A DNA stretch of 64,000 nt from Rubrobacteraceae bacterium (GCA_965213905.1 OZ243922.1:2226230-2290229), one strand, 5' to 3'; counted from the stretch's first letter, positions 9,254 through 18,784 are shown. Translations and numbers: made by a program. Notes: generated by a model not told the origin, from the letters alone.

Positions 9254-9814
9254 ATGGATGTCATGAGGGAATTCAACCGCCGGTTCAGAAGAAGCGCCGT
9301 CTCCAGGGGTGCGGCCGGCTTCGCCACGCTGGTAACCGCGATAGTGGTTTTGCAAGATGCTCTTATAGACGGGCGGTTGTCGCCCTTGGGCGTGGCGACC
9401 TACGCTGTGATCTGGACAGTCATGTGGGTCGTCGGGGCAATCTGGTTAGGTTACCCGACGGATTATCGCAACCGGAGCGGCCGGGGTAAAGCCAGGAAAG
9501 CGTTCGAGACGGTCATCCACTACGATAATTCTCAAGACCACCTTCAGCAAGCAGTATTATCCGCTACCCGGGACCTATTGCAAAAGAATTCTTTGTACAG
9601 CCTCGTCGAAAACTCACCCGGGTCCGCCGCGATGGTCACGCCGCCCAGCCTGCGAAGTTTCGGCGAGGAGATAGTGATGTCCGTCGAGGATTCCTCCGTT
9701 CGCGTAAGATCCGAGTGCCTAAACACCGCACAACGGATTGACTGGGGCAAAAACCGGAAGAACGTCGAGCAGGCCCGCCGTAGCCTCCTCCAGGCATCTT
9801 CCACCGTTCTCTAG
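9254..9814 (+). CDS. hypothetical membrane protein
   Basis: Track ORF 9197-9814. ATG 9254 chosen as the first Met after the HAD gene stop. Two TM helices, then a soluble tail. No family recognised. Confidence 0.4.
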   Translation: MDVMREFNRRFRRSAVSRGAAGFATLVTAIVVLQDALIDGRLSPLGVATYAVIWTVMWVVGAIWLGYPTDYRNRSGRGKARKAFETVIHYDNSQDHLQQAVLSATRDLLQKNSLYSLVENSPGSAAMVTPPSLRSFGEEIVMSVEDSSVRVRSECLNTAQRIDWGKNRKNVEQARRSLLQASSTVL

Positions 9815-9822
9815 CAGGTCGG

Positions 9823-10965
9823 CTACATCCGGCCCACGGCTCTCGCCAAGGCCTCCAATTCCTCCTCCGGGTTGAAGAGGTGGACGCTCGCCCGGACGTA
9901 GTGGTTCGGACCTGGGATAAAGCGTACGACGAACCGCTGCTCTAGCAAGCGTTCGGCGGCTTCTTTTGCCGGTACTCCTTCGACCTCGAAGCTAACCAGG
10001 CCCGTTTGGGCCGGGCGCGGGGTGCGGAGGGTGACGCGCGGGTTCTCTGAGAGTAGATCCATCAAAAGTTCGGCGCGGCGATGAATTTCTTCCAAGCCTG
10101 CGTCCCCGCGCCCGGCGGCGGCTTCGAGGGCTTGCGCGAAGCCGCCGGCGAGGGCCGGGCTCATCGTCGAGGCCTCGAATCGCCGGGCGCCGGAGTGTAG
10201 CCCGTAGTCGCCGTCCGCACCGAAGTCCGCCGGGTTTGCCAGCGACAAAAACCCGATGTTCGGACTGTGGGTGCGGCAGTCGGGACGCACGTACAAGGCT
10301 CCCATGCCTTCGGGGCCGAGCAGCCATTTGTGGCCGGTAAAAGCGTACATGTCGGCGCCGGTTTCGGGGACGTTTGCGGGAATGTTTCCGATGGACTGGG
10401 CGCCGTCCACGAGGGCAAGGGCTCCGTGTGCGCGGGCGGCGACGCAGATCTCCTCCAGCGGCAACACCTCGCCCGTCGTCCAGTCTACGTGCGAAAGCGC
10501 GACGAGGCGGGTTTTGGAGTTCAAAGACTCTTCTATCTTCTCTGTCGTGACGGGTGGTGAGATGAGGTTTAGTTTTACGCCGAAGCGGTCCCGGAGGGCG
10601 TGTAGGGGGGCGAGGCAACCGGGGTGTTCGGTGGTGGTGGAGATCACCTCGTCCCCGGCTTTCCAGACAAGGGAGTTCACGCCGAGGTTCATGCCGTGGG
10701 TGGTGTTTTGGGTGAGCGCGACGTCTTCGGGGGCGGCCCGGATCAGGCGGGCCGCCGCCGCCCGCGCCCGGGTGTACGCCTCACCCTGGCGGGCGTAGAA
10801 CTCCGAGCCCTGCAAGTACGCCGGGCCGGAGCAGAGGTCGTCGGTTTCTCTCGTGGCTTCTATGGTCTCGTAGGTCGGCGGGCCGCTGCCGCCGGAGTTC
10901 AGGTAGGCGTAGTCGTTCGTCGAAAGGGCCGGGAAAATTTTGCGGGGGAGGTTTTGGCGCTCGAT
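9823..10965 (-). CDS. class V aminotransferase / cysteine desulfurase-like PLP enzyme (probable ATC start)
   Basis: Class V fold pattern (TQNTTHGMN, FTGHKWLLGPEGMGALYV). The conserved N-terminal segment FPALSTNDYAYLNSGGSGPP lies upstream of track start 10815. There is no ATG/GTG/TTG in frame back to the stop. ATC at 10965-10963 sits 6 nt after GGAAGGAG. Confidence 0.75.
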   Translation of the reverse strand: MERQNLPRKIFPALSTNDYAYLNSGGSGPPTYETIEATRETDDLCSGPAYLQGSEFYARQGEAYTRARAAAARLIRAAPEDVALTQNTTHGMNLGVNSLVWKAGDEVISTTTEHPGCLAPLHALRDRFGVKLNLISPPVTTEKIEESLNSKTRLVALSHVDWTTGEVLPLEEICVAARAHGALALVDGAQSIGNIPANVPETGADMYAFTGHKWLLGPEGMGALYVRPDCRTHSPNIGFLSLANPADFGADGDYGLHSGARRFEASTMSPALAGGFAQALEAAAGRGDAGLEEIHRRAELLMDLLSENPRVTLRTPRPAQTGLVSFEVEGVPAKEAAERLLEQRFVVRFIPGPNHYVRASVHLFNPEEELEALARAVGRM

Positions 10966-11000
10966 GTCGTGCTCCTTCCGGGATATTCCGATACGTTTTG

Positions 11001-11006
11001 TATAAT
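11001..11006 (+). promoter_or_regulatory. -10 element TATAAT (preceded by TG) for a near-leaderless PBP mRNA
   Basis: TTTTGTATAAT at 10996-11006, with ATG 11016 nine nt downstream and no SD sequence. Confidence 0.45.
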
Positions 11007-11015
11007 AACGCCTCT

Positions 11016-13262
11016 ATGCAAGGAGACACCCTCGCAAGGATCGGTAGCCGGCGTCGCCGGCAGCGGCAGAGAAAGGGCTGGCTGGCAAAGCTTCGCACCC
11101 TTTTCCTGCTGCTATGCGCCGCCGCCATAGCCGCGTTGGTCGGGGCTTTCGCCACCTTCAGCTACACTTACGCCCAGGTCTCCGAAGAAGTCCCCGAGCT
11201 GGACAACTACAAAAGTACCGAACTCGCCCAAACTTCCGTGGTCTACGATGTTGAGGGGAACGTGGTGGACGAACTCTACGGCGTACAAAACCGCTACATA
11301 GTTCCCCTGGACGAGATCAACCCGACTCTGGAAAAAGCCGTGGTCGCCATTGAAGACCACCGTTTCTACGAGCATCGCGGCCTGGACTTCGAGGCCATAG
11401 GCCGCGCCGCCGTCGAGAACGTAGAGAACCTCTCCATCCAGGAGGGCGGCTCCACCATAACCCAGCAGCTAATAAAAAATACCTACATAGCCCAGGAGCA
11501 GCGGGCCATACCAAGTTTCCAGCGTAAATTTACCGAGGCGTCGCTGGCCTGGCAGTACGAAGAAGAGAACTCCAAAAAGGAGATCCTGGAGCAGTACCTG
11601 AACACGGTGTACTTCGGGGCAAACGCCTACGGGGCGGAAGCCGCGGCGAAAACTTATTTCAACAAGAGCGCCGGAGAGTTGACGCTGGCCGAGTCGGCGA
11701 TGCTCGCGGGCATTATCAACCTGCCCGGGGCCTACGATCCCTTTAACGACCCGGAGAGCGCCGTCGCCCGGCGCAACGTAGTTTTGGACAGCATGTTGCG
11801 GTACGGGTACATAGACCAGGCGGCCCACGAGGAGGCCGTGAACCAGGAACTGGAGTTGAGCCGGGGCCGGATAGAGCACGAAAACGACAACGAGTATTTC
11901 TTGGACGCGGTCCGCAAAGAACTGGCCCGGGAATACGGGGACGACACGGTCTACGAGGGCGGTTTGGAGATCTACACGACCCTAAACCCCCAGCTCCAGG
12001 AGCAAGCAAGCCTGTCGGTGGACGAGATCCTCTACGACTCGAACGATCCCTCGGCCGCCCTGGTTTCCGTGGAGCCGAGCACGGGAGCCGTTCGGGCGAT
12101 GGTCGGCGGCTCGGACTTCGAGCAGATAAAGTTCAACCTCGCAACCCAGGGCCGGCGGCAGCCCGGCAGCACGTTCAAACCGTTCGTGCTGGCGGAAGCT
12201 ATAGAGCAGGGAATTTCTCCCGAGACCCGCTACATGTCACAGCCCCTGAACATCCCGATGCCCGACGCCGCCGCCGAGCCTTTCTACGAAGTCGTCAACT
12301 ACGAAGACGAGTACCGGGGGCCGACCACCCTGGAAGAGGCCACCAAAGAATCGGACAACTCGGTCTACGTCCAGCTCGCCCAGGACCTCGGCATAGAAGA
12401 CGTCGTGGACATGGCGAACAGGCTGGGGGTGGAGAGCCAGATAGACAACTACTTGCCGACGGCTATCGGTGGTTTGAGAGAAGGCGTCACGCCGCTGGAG
12501 ATGGCCTCGGCTTACTCCACGTTCGCCAACCAGGGGACCAACATGGAACCTTACCTGGTCGAAAAAGTGGTCCAGAAAAAGGACGGCGAAGAAGAAACCA
12601 TTATGCAGCACGAGCTCGAAGGCGAGGAGGCTATTTCCCGGGATCAGGCGGCAAAGGTGAACGAGGTGATGTCCGATGTGGGCGAGTTTTACGGTACGGA
12701 AGAGGATGTAGGCCGGCCGATCGCCACGAAGACCGGGACCAGCGAGCAGTTCTCGGACGCCTGGTTCAACGGCTACGTGCCGCAACTCGCCACGAGCGTC
12801 TGGGTGGGGTACCCGGGCGACCGCATCCCGATGGTCAACATCCGGGGCTACGAGAAGATAGACGGCGGCACCTTCCCCATGGATATCTGGACCCTCTACA
12901 TGCAACGCGCCATGCAACTCTACCCGGAAACCCAACAGTTCGGCGTGCCGGACCCGGACCTGGACCTGGAGGTCAAGACCGACGGCCGCGCCCTAGAGCC
13001 CCCCAAAACCACTAAGAAAGGAACCACCGGGGGAACCACGGGAGGAACGACCGCCGGCAACAAGACTTTCTCTGAAAGACTCACCCCATCCAACGGCGGT
13101 GAAACACAGCAGGCGCAACCGTACCAAGAGCAGCCCTACGAGCAACAGCCTTACCAACAGCCGCCTCAGCAGCCCCGGCAGCAGTGGACCAACCCCCAGC
13201 AAAGTTTCCAGCAGGGCCAGAGGTTCCAGCCGGCGCCCGCGGCCGACGCCTTTGGTCAGTGA
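11016..13262 (+). CDS. class A penicillin-binding protein (transglycosylase/transpeptidase, PBP1A type)
   Basis: GT51 motifs EDHRFYEHRG and GGSTITQQL. Transpeptidase motifs STFKP, SDN and KTGT. N-terminal TM anchor. The track start 10998 would include the TATAAT box. Confidence 0.9.
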   Translation: MQGDTLARIGSRRRRQRQRKGWLAKLRTLFLLLCAAAIAALVGAFATFSYTYAQVSEEVPELDNYKSTELAQTSVVYDVEGNVVDELYGVQNRYIVPLDEINPTLEKAVVAIEDHRFYEHRGLDFEAIGRAAVENVENLSIQEGGSTITQQLIKNTYIAQEQRAIPSFQRKFTEASLAWQYEEENSKKEILEQYLNTVYFGANAYGAEAAAKTYFNKSAGELTLAESAMLAGIINLPGAYDPFNDPESAVARRNVVLDSMLRYGYIDQAAHEEAVNQELELSRGRIEHENDNEYFLDAVRKELAREYGDDTVYEGGLEIYTTLNPQLQEQASLSVDEILYDSNDPSAALVSVEPSTGAVRAMVGGSDFEQIKFNLATQGRRQPGSTFKPFVLAEAIEQGISPETRYMSQPLNIPMPDAAAEPFYEVVNYEDEYRGPTTLEEATKESDNSVYVQLAQDLGIEDVVDMANRLGVESQIDNYLPTAIGGLREGVTPLEMASAYSTFANQGTNMEPYLVEKVVQKKDGEEETIMQHELEGEEAISRDQAAKVNEVMSDVGEFYGTEEDVGRPIATKTGTSEQFSDAWFNGYVPQLATSVWVGYPGDRIPMVNIRGYEKIDGGTFPMDIWTLYMQRAMQLYPETQQFGVPDPDLDLEVKTDGRALEPPKTTKKGTTGGTTGGTTAGNKTFSERLTPSNGGETQQAQPYQEQPYEQQPYQQPPQQPRQQWTNPQQSFQQGQRFQPAPAADAFGQ

Positions 13263-13355
13263 CCCGGGACCCCGGAGTTACTCTTTAAAAGATCGGGCCA
13301 TCAGGGCTGTCAGAGGTAGGGGAAGTAGGGGAGATCAGCCTTCCAGCACGTTGCC

Positions 13356-14174
13356 CTAGTCGCGCGCCAGGATCTCTAACACCCGCTCGTTCAACGGGGC
13401 GTTGGCGGCTATTAGACCTTGGGATGCCGGGGTCCAGGGTTCGCCGTCGAGGTCCGTGGACTTTCCACCGGCCTCTGAAACCAGCAAAGCGGTGGGCGCG
13501 TAGTCCCAGGCGGTGTTGTTGGTCCCGATAGAGACGTCTATGTGGCCCGCGGAGGTCCAGGCACCGCGCACGCCCGCGCTCCCGAGCGCCCTTACCTGCC
13601 AGCAGGAAGAGAAGATCTCCTGCAACCCCCCGCGCTGGTTTTTCTTTTTCGTGGAGAACGCCATGTCCACCCCGACGTGGGCATACTCCAACTGCTCGGT
13701 ATCACTGACCGTCAACCGGGTACGCCCGCCGCCCGTGTCCCGAAAAGCGCCGCCGCCGGAGAGCGCATGATAAAGATCTCCCAACCGGGGAACGGCCACG
13801 GCGGCGTGCGTCACGATCCCGTCCTCCAGAACCGAGATGCAGGCGCAGAAGAGCGGGTTGGCTTTGGAGAAGTTCGCCGTACCGTCCACCGGGTCCAGTA
13901 GCCAGGAACGGCCTTCAGAGGAGATGTTGCCGCCCTTTTCCTCCGAGAGGATGGCGTCTTCCGGGTAACGTTCCTCGATGGCCGAGACCATTAACTCTTC
14001 GCAGAGCAGGTCCACCTCGGTGACCACGTCTTTGGGGGCTTTCTCCGTTACCTCGCCGGGGTTTTCGTAGCGGGATAGTTGGAGTTCCCCGGCCCGGAGC
14101 GCCAGGTCGCAGACGAAGCCGTGCAGTTCTTCGGGGGTTTCCCGGACGTCGCCGGGGCTACTGGATGTACTCAC
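13356..14174 (-). CDS. inositol monophosphatase family protein
   Basis: Motifs [15 protein letters not shown] and [15 protein letters not shown]. Confidence 0.85.
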   Translation of the reverse strand: MSTSSSPGDVRETPEELHGFVCDLALRAGELQLSRYENPGEVTEKAPKDVVTEVDLLCEELMVSAIEERYPEDAILSEEKGGNISSEGRSWLLDPVDGTANFSKANPLFCACISVLEDGIVTHAAVAVPRLGDLYHALSGGGAFRDTGGGRTRLTVSDTEQLEYAHVGVDMAFSTKKKNQRGGLQEIFSSCWQVRALGSAGVRGAWTSAGHIDVSIGTNNTAWDYAPTALLVSEAGGKSTDLDGEPWTPASQGLIAANAPLNERVLEILARD

Positions 14175-15249
14175 GCAGGTTCTGGGTGCGGCGTTGCTCG
14201 CGGAGGAGGTTGAGGGTCTTCATCTGGATCTGGCGGACGCGCTCGCGGGTGATGTCGAACTCGCGGCCGACTTCTTCCAGGGTGCGGGGCCGGTCGTCTT
14301 TCATCCCGAAGCGCAACTCGATGATTTGGCGCTCCCTCTCCGGCAGCTCGTTTAGCGCCTCCCGCAAGTGCGACTTCAAGAGCGAGTCGGATACGGCGTC
14401 TGTCGGGGTGATAGTCGCCACGTCCTCCAGGAAGTCTCCCAGCTCCGAAGAGTCTTCTTCGCCGACCGGCGTTTCGAGGCTGATGGATCTCTGGCTGATC
14501 TCCCGCAGCCGCAGTATCTCTTCGATCCCAATGCTGAGTTCCAGCCCGATTTCTTCGTCGAAGGGCTCGCGGCCTAGCTGCTGGGTCATGCGGCGGTGGG
14601 TGCGGTGGAACTTGTTGACCTTCTCGACCATGTGGACCGGAATGCGGATCGTGCGGCCCTTATCCGCTATAGCGCGGGTTATGGCCTGCCGGATCCACCA
14701 CGTCGCGTAAGTCGAGAACTTGTAACCTTTTGTGTGATCAAACTTCTCCGCCGCCCGGATAAGTCCCAGGTTGCCCTCCTGGATGAGGTCCAGAAACGAG
14801 ACCCCCCGGTTGCGGTATTTCTTGGCGATGGAAACGACGAGTCGCAGGTTCGCCTCGACGAGACGGTCTTTGGAGCGTCTACAACCGCGGGCGATGCCTT
14901 TCGCCAGACGGATCTCATCCGCGTGGGTGAGCAACCTTACCCGCCCGATCTCCGCCAGGTACATCCTTATGGAATCTCCGGTGGCGACGGCGTGGGCGAT
15001 TTGGGTCGTAGGAGCCTCCGGTGCCACCGCTTTGCTCCGGACCGGCGCGGCCTCTTCTGCTTCACCTTCTACGATGGATATCTCTTCTTCCTCCAGTGCG
15101 GCGTAGAATTCTTCGATCTCCGCAGCCGAGAGGTCCCCCCCCTGAACGAGCTCGGCGACCTCCTCCATACTGACGAATCCCTGACTTTTTCCTCGACTCA
15201 AAAGCTCGTCCGTGCGTTCCGTCAGCATCATGGTGTTCTCGGCCGCCAT
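14158..15249 (-). CDS. rpoD: principal (group 1) RNA polymerase sigma-70 factor
   Basis: Region 1.1-like acidic N-terminus, region 1.2 [11 protein letters not shown], region 2 [37 protein letters not shown], and regions 3 and 4 ([19 protein letters not shown]). Confidence 0.85.
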   Translation of the reverse strand: MAAENTMMLTERTDELLSRGKSQGFVSMEEVAELVQGGDLSAAEIEEFYAALEEEEISIVEGEAEEAAPVRSKAVAPEAPTTQIAHAVATGDSIRMYLAEIGRVRLLTHADEIRLAKGIARGCRRSKDRLVEANLRLVVSIAKKYRNRGVSFLDLIQEGNLGLIRAAEKFDHTKGYKFSTYATWWIRQAITRAIADKGRTIRIPVHMVEKVNKFHRTHRRMTQQLGREPFDEEIGLELSIGIEEILRLREISQRSISLETPVGEEDSSELGDFLEDVATITPTDAVSDSLLKSHLREALNELPERERQIIELRFGMKDDRPRTLEEVGREFDITRERVRQIQMKTLNLLREQRRTQNLREYIQ

Positions 15250-15537
15250 CTATCTCCTCTCTCGGAACAGAGCTGCTGCCCGTGTAACAGCAGCCCCGCT
15301 GAACACTACAGATATCGTTATTTATTAAATTTCTGTGAAAACGACGGGCGTAGACTAACACACCGTATATAGGCAGTCACAGCAAATCGTATCCATTTTT
15401 GGGTGTTTTTATTTACAATAACTTTCTTGCACACCATACTCCATATATTTCGAGGGTGTTTCGGTGCTGTTTCGGTATTGTTTCGCCGGAGTTTTGTAGC
15501 GGGTGTACGGCCATCCGGCCTTGCTACACTACCCGGT

Positions 15538-17007
15538 ATGATCCTGGATAAAGCAAAGCTGGAGAAGGTCCTGGGTGTCCGGGTCCCCGCCGGCGCCACG
15601 GTGTCGGGGGTTACGCAGGACTCGCGCGCGGTGGAGCCCGGCCATGCTTTCGTGGCCGTCCCCGGTTTCAGGCGTAACGGCGCCGAGTTCGCCGGGGAGG
15701 CTTTACGTCGGGGGGCTTCCTTAATCGTCTCCGAAAGCGAAGTCCCCGGTGCGGCCGCGGCCGGCGGGAACGCGGTCACCGTTCCCGACGCCCGCGACGC
15801 CTTGGCGGGGCTTGCTTGCGCGGTGTTCGGAGACCCCTCCGGGAAGCTGGAAGTCTACGGTGTGACCGGCACGAACGGCAAGACGACGACCTCTTACGCG
15901 CTGCACGCGATACTGGCCGGCGTTTACGGTGAAGAGGCGTGCGGCCTCATGACGACTGCGGGGAACACAATCGCTGGGGAGCCTTGCGGGGCGGAGCGTA
16001 CGACCCCCGAAGCCCCCGAAGTACAGCGAACGCTCGCCGAGATGGTCGAAAAAGGCGTTCGAAAGGTCGTGATGGAGGTTTCGTCGCACGGCATCGCGTT
16101 GCGGCGCGTATCCGGAACCCGGTTTGCCGGGGCGCTCTTCACAAACCTCACCCGGGACCACCTCGACCTCCACGGTACGATGGAGGAGTACTACAAAACA
16201 AAGCGCGAACTCCACCGCACCGCCCGGGGTCCCAGGCTCGCAAACGCCGACGACCCCTGGGGCCGGCGGCTCGCGAGGGAGGTAGAAGGGGTAGAAACCT
16301 TCGGCACTGGAGAAGACGCCGATCATCGCATATCAGATGTCAGGGCCGTTCCCGAGGGCACCGCTTTTACCCTCGGCCACCCGGGAGGACATCTCGGCCT
16401 ACAGACCCCTTTGCTGGGCGCTTACAACGTCCTCAACGTCGCCGGGGCGGCGGCGCTCGCCCTGGCTGCGGGTGTAGAAGGGGAGGCGGTGGTGCGGGCG
16501 GCACGGAAAATGCCGCAGGTTCCGGGGAGGTTTGAGCGGGTCGCGCGGGGTAGAGACTTCGAGGTCATCGTAGACTACGCGCACACCGACGTGGGGCTCG
16601 CGGCCTCCCTAGAGGTGGCCCGCGACGTGGCGGACTCGAACGGTGCTTCCGGGCGCGTCATATGCGTCTTCGGCGCCGCCGGAGATCGGGACGGGGCCAA
16701 ACGGCCTTTAATGGGCGGGGTGGCGTCCAGGTTGGCCGACCGGGGCATCGTTACCACAGACGACGCCTACTCCGAGGACCCGGAGAAAATAGCCCGGGAG
16801 GTCGCGTCGGGCGCGGACCCGGAGAAGATCGAGGTAGTGCTGGATCGCCGGAAGGCGATAGAGCGGGCGTTGCGGGAAGCCCGGCGGGGTGACGTAGTGG
16901 TGGTCGCCGGGAAAGGACACGAGCGGGTCCAGCACTTGCCGGAAGGTGACGTGCCGTTCCACGACGCGGGCGTGGTCAGAGAAATCCTGGCCGGGCTGGA
17001 AGGATGA
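15538..17007 (+). CDS. murE: UDP-MurNAc-L-Ala-D-Glu:L-Lys/meso-DAP ligase MurE
   Basis: P-loop GVTGTNGKTTT and Mur ligase middle/C-terminal domains. ATG 15538 gives a typical N-terminus (MILDKAKLEKVLG). The track extension from 15403 is AT-rich promoter DNA. Confidence 0.9.
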   Translation: MILDKAKLEKVLGVRVPAGATVSGVTQDSRAVEPGHAFVAVPGFRRNGAEFAGEALRRGASLIVSESEVPGAAAAGGNAVTVPDARDALAGLACAVFGDPSGKLEVYGVTGTNGKTTTSYALHAILAGVYGEEACGLMTTAGNTIAGEPCGAERTTPEAPEVQRTLAEMVEKGVRKVVMEVSSHGIALRRVSGTRFAGALFTNLTRDHLDLHGTMEEYYKTKRELHRTARGPRLANADDPWGRRLAREVEGVETFGTGEDADHRISDVRAVPEGTAFTLGHPGGHLGLQTPLLGAYNVLNVAGAAALALAAGVEGEAVVRAARKMPQVPGRFERVARGRDFEVIVDYAHTDVGLAASLEVARDVADSNGASGRVICVFGAAGDRDGAKRPLMGGVASRLADRGIVTTDDAYSEDPEKIAREVASGADPEKIEVVLDRRKAIERALREARRGDVVVVAGKGHERVQHLPEGDVPFHDAGVVREILAGLEG

Positions 17008-17045
17008 ACGGGCCAGGCTAATAGGCCAGGCCGATAGGAGGCAGC

Positions 17046-17306
17046 GTGCAAAAAGAGAACAAAACCGAGATCGTGCGGCGGCTCAAAAGCGTAGAAGGCC
17101 ACGTGCGGGGGATAGTAAAGATGGTAGATGAGGGGGACGTTTCCTACGCCGACGTGGTGCAGCAGACAAACGCCGTGTTCTCGGCCGTGCGGCGCATAAA
17201 CACGCTGTTGCTGAAGGATTACGTGGAGGAGCGCGCCGCCGGGGACGGGGCCTCCGAAGAGACGCTAAAAGACCTCGCAAAAGCCATAGATCGGGTGACC
17301 AAATAG
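17046..17306 (+). CDS. CsoR/RcnR/FrmR-family (DUF156) transcriptional repressor lacking sensory Cys
   Basis: 86 aa. Family pattern IVRRLKSVEGHVRGIVKMVDE..., with GGAGG before GTG 17046. The protein contains no cysteine at all. Confidence 0.75.
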   Translation: MQKENKTEIVRRLKSVEGHVRGIVKMVDEGDVSYADVVQQTNAVFSAVRRINTLLLKDYVEERAAGDGASEETLKDLAKAIDRVTK

Positions 17307-17557
17307 TGAACCGCCTGCCTCCCAAAGCGTTGCTGGCCGTGCTCGTTCTCACCGTACCGCTCGTGGTGGTCTTGGCGGCCGTGGCGTCCGTGATCCTTTT
17401 TCGGGCCGGGTACGGTCCTTTGACGTGGGGCGTCGCGCCTTTTCTGGTTTCTTTGCTAATCTCGGTGGTCCTGGGCGTGGTACTCGGCCGGGCCGCGAGC
17501 AAGCCGGACGGCGGCCCGAGGGGTGAGAAATCCCCCGGCCGCCGGAATGATGTATAG
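17306..17557 (+). CDS. small membrane protein (2 TM), hypothetical
   Basis: The GTG overlaps the stop of the CsoR-like gene (TAGTG). Two hydrophobic helices. Confidence 0.45.
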   Translation: MNRLPPKALLAVLVLTVPLVVVLAAVASVILFRAGYGPLTWGVAPFLVSLLISVVLGVVLGRAASKPDGGPRGEKSPGRRNDV

Positions 17558-17861
17558 TCCGAAACTCATGGAAGGCCGCGGAGAAAACCCCCGGATCGAA
17601 AAGCTGGAAGCCCAAATAGGCGAGCTAGAAGGCCTCGCCGACGACCTCGGAAACGTCCCGGACGAAGCCCTGATCTCGACTCTGGGCCGCGCCGTGGAAT
17701 TGTTGAGGGAGGTCAATACGGGCATAGAAGGCGGCATAAAGTCCCTGGGGGCAGAGTCGCGCGAGGTAGAAGAACTCCTGAACCCGCTAGACCTCAGCGA
17801 ATTCGACGATGCGCTCGGAGAACTGGAAAAGCGGCGGGACGCCGGTGAGCCCGGTCCCTGA
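17547..17861 (+). CDS. hypothetical acidic coiled-coil protein
   Basis: Track ORF 17523-17861; start uncertain (ATG ATG at 17547). E/L-rich helical sequence. Resemblance to XseB is only weak. Confidence 0.4.
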   Translation: MMYSPKLMEGRGENPRIEKLEAQIGELEGLADDLGNVPDEALISTLGRAVELLREVNTGIEGGIKSLGAESREVEELLNPLDLSEFDDALGELEKRRDAGEPGP

Positions 17862-18372
17862 CCTCGCCCGCCGCGTAAGGGAAGCGGCCCTTCTGGAAGG
17901 TGATTTCCTGCTTTCTAGCGGGAAACGTAGCAGCTTCTATGTAGACAAGTACCTATTCTCTACCGAGCCGGATCTCCTGCGGGAAGTAGCCGGGACGCTC
18001 GCCCGAACGCTGCCCGACGGGGTGGACCGGCTGGCCGGCATCGAGCTCGGGGCGGTACCGCTGGTTACGGCCGTCGCCCTTCACACAGGCCTTCCGTATA
18101 TTATCGTCCGCAAGTCGGCCAAGGAATACGGCACGGGGAAAGGTGTGGAAGGACGCCTCGAAGCCGGGGAGCGGGTGGCCCTGATCGAGGACGTGGTTAC
18201 CACCGGAACCCAAGCCGTGGAAGCCGCCCGCCGATTGTCCGGTGCGGATATTGAAGTCGCAAAAATCTCTGCGGTCCTGGATCGCCGGGAAGAAGCTTCC
18301 GGGTATCTGGAGGAGTTCCTTTTCGGGGCACTGCTTAGAATGGACGATCTGCGGGTAGACAATGACTGTTGA
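17809..18372 (+). CDS. pyrE: orotate phosphoribosyltransferase
   Basis: LLEGDFLLSSGKRSSFYVDKY and the PRPP motif VALIEDVVTTGT. An internal GTG 17845 is an alternative start. Confidence 0.9.
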   Translation: MRSENWKSGGTPVSPVPDLARRVREAALLEGDFLLSSGKRSSFYVDKYLFSTEPDLLREVAGTLARTLPDGVDRLAGIELGAVPLVTAVALHTGLPYIIVRKSAKEYGTGKGVEGRLEAGERVALIEDVVTTGTQAVEAARRLSGADIEVAKISAVLDRREEASGYLEEFLFGALLRMDDLRVDNDC

Positions 18373-18454
18373 GACGCTATGAGGTGTTTGTTATAGTCCT
18401 CTGGATGAGTTCGGGGGAAGGCAAAGGCAAGCGAGACAGGGAGGTAAAAAGAAT

Positions 18455-18733
18455 ATGGCACTAAACAAGACGCAGTTGATCGAGAGGATCGCCAACGGGA
18501 CCGATAGCTCCAAGAGCGAGGCCCAGAAGTTCTTCGATCAGTTCGTTAGTACGGTCGAGAACGCCCTCAAAAACGGCGAGGAAGTTCAGATCACCGGCTT
18601 CGGCAAGTTCTACGTACAGCAACGAGATTCCCGAGAGGGTATCAACCCGCAGACAAAGCAGAAGATGACGATCCCCGCGTCCAAGGTGCCAAAGTTCACC
18701 GCCGGGAACGCGCTCAAAGACTCGGTCAAGTAA
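18455..18733 (+). CDS. hup: DNA-binding protein HU
   Basis: 92 aa. MALNKTQLIERIA..., GFGKFYVQQRDSREGINPQT..., canonical HU/IHF fold signature. GGAGG RBS. Confidence 0.95.
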   Translation: MALNKTQLIERIANGTDSSKSEAQKFFDQFVSTVENALKNGEEVQITGFGKFYVQQRDSREGINPQTKQKMTIPASKVPKFTAGNALKDSVK

Positions 18734-18752
18734 CCGCAGGAAATTTTCACCG

Positions 18753-18784
18753 GGCCGCAGGCTACTAGCCTGCGGCCTTTTCTT
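18753..18784 (+). terminator. rho-independent terminator after hup
   Basis: GGCCGCAGGC / GCCTGCGGCC stem with a 5-nt loop, followed by TTTTCTT. Confidence 0.85.

Noticed and set aside
15403-15537. N-terminal extension of MurE in the ORF track
   Set aside because: This is an AT-rich promoter-like stretch encoding MFLFTITFLHTILHIF. ATG 15538 yields a standard MurE N-terminus.
17547-17861. Exonuclease VII small subunit (XseB) assignment
   Set aside because: It shows only a vague helical LEAQIGELEGL...ELLREV resemblance, and no xseA gene is adjacent. It is kept as hypothetical.
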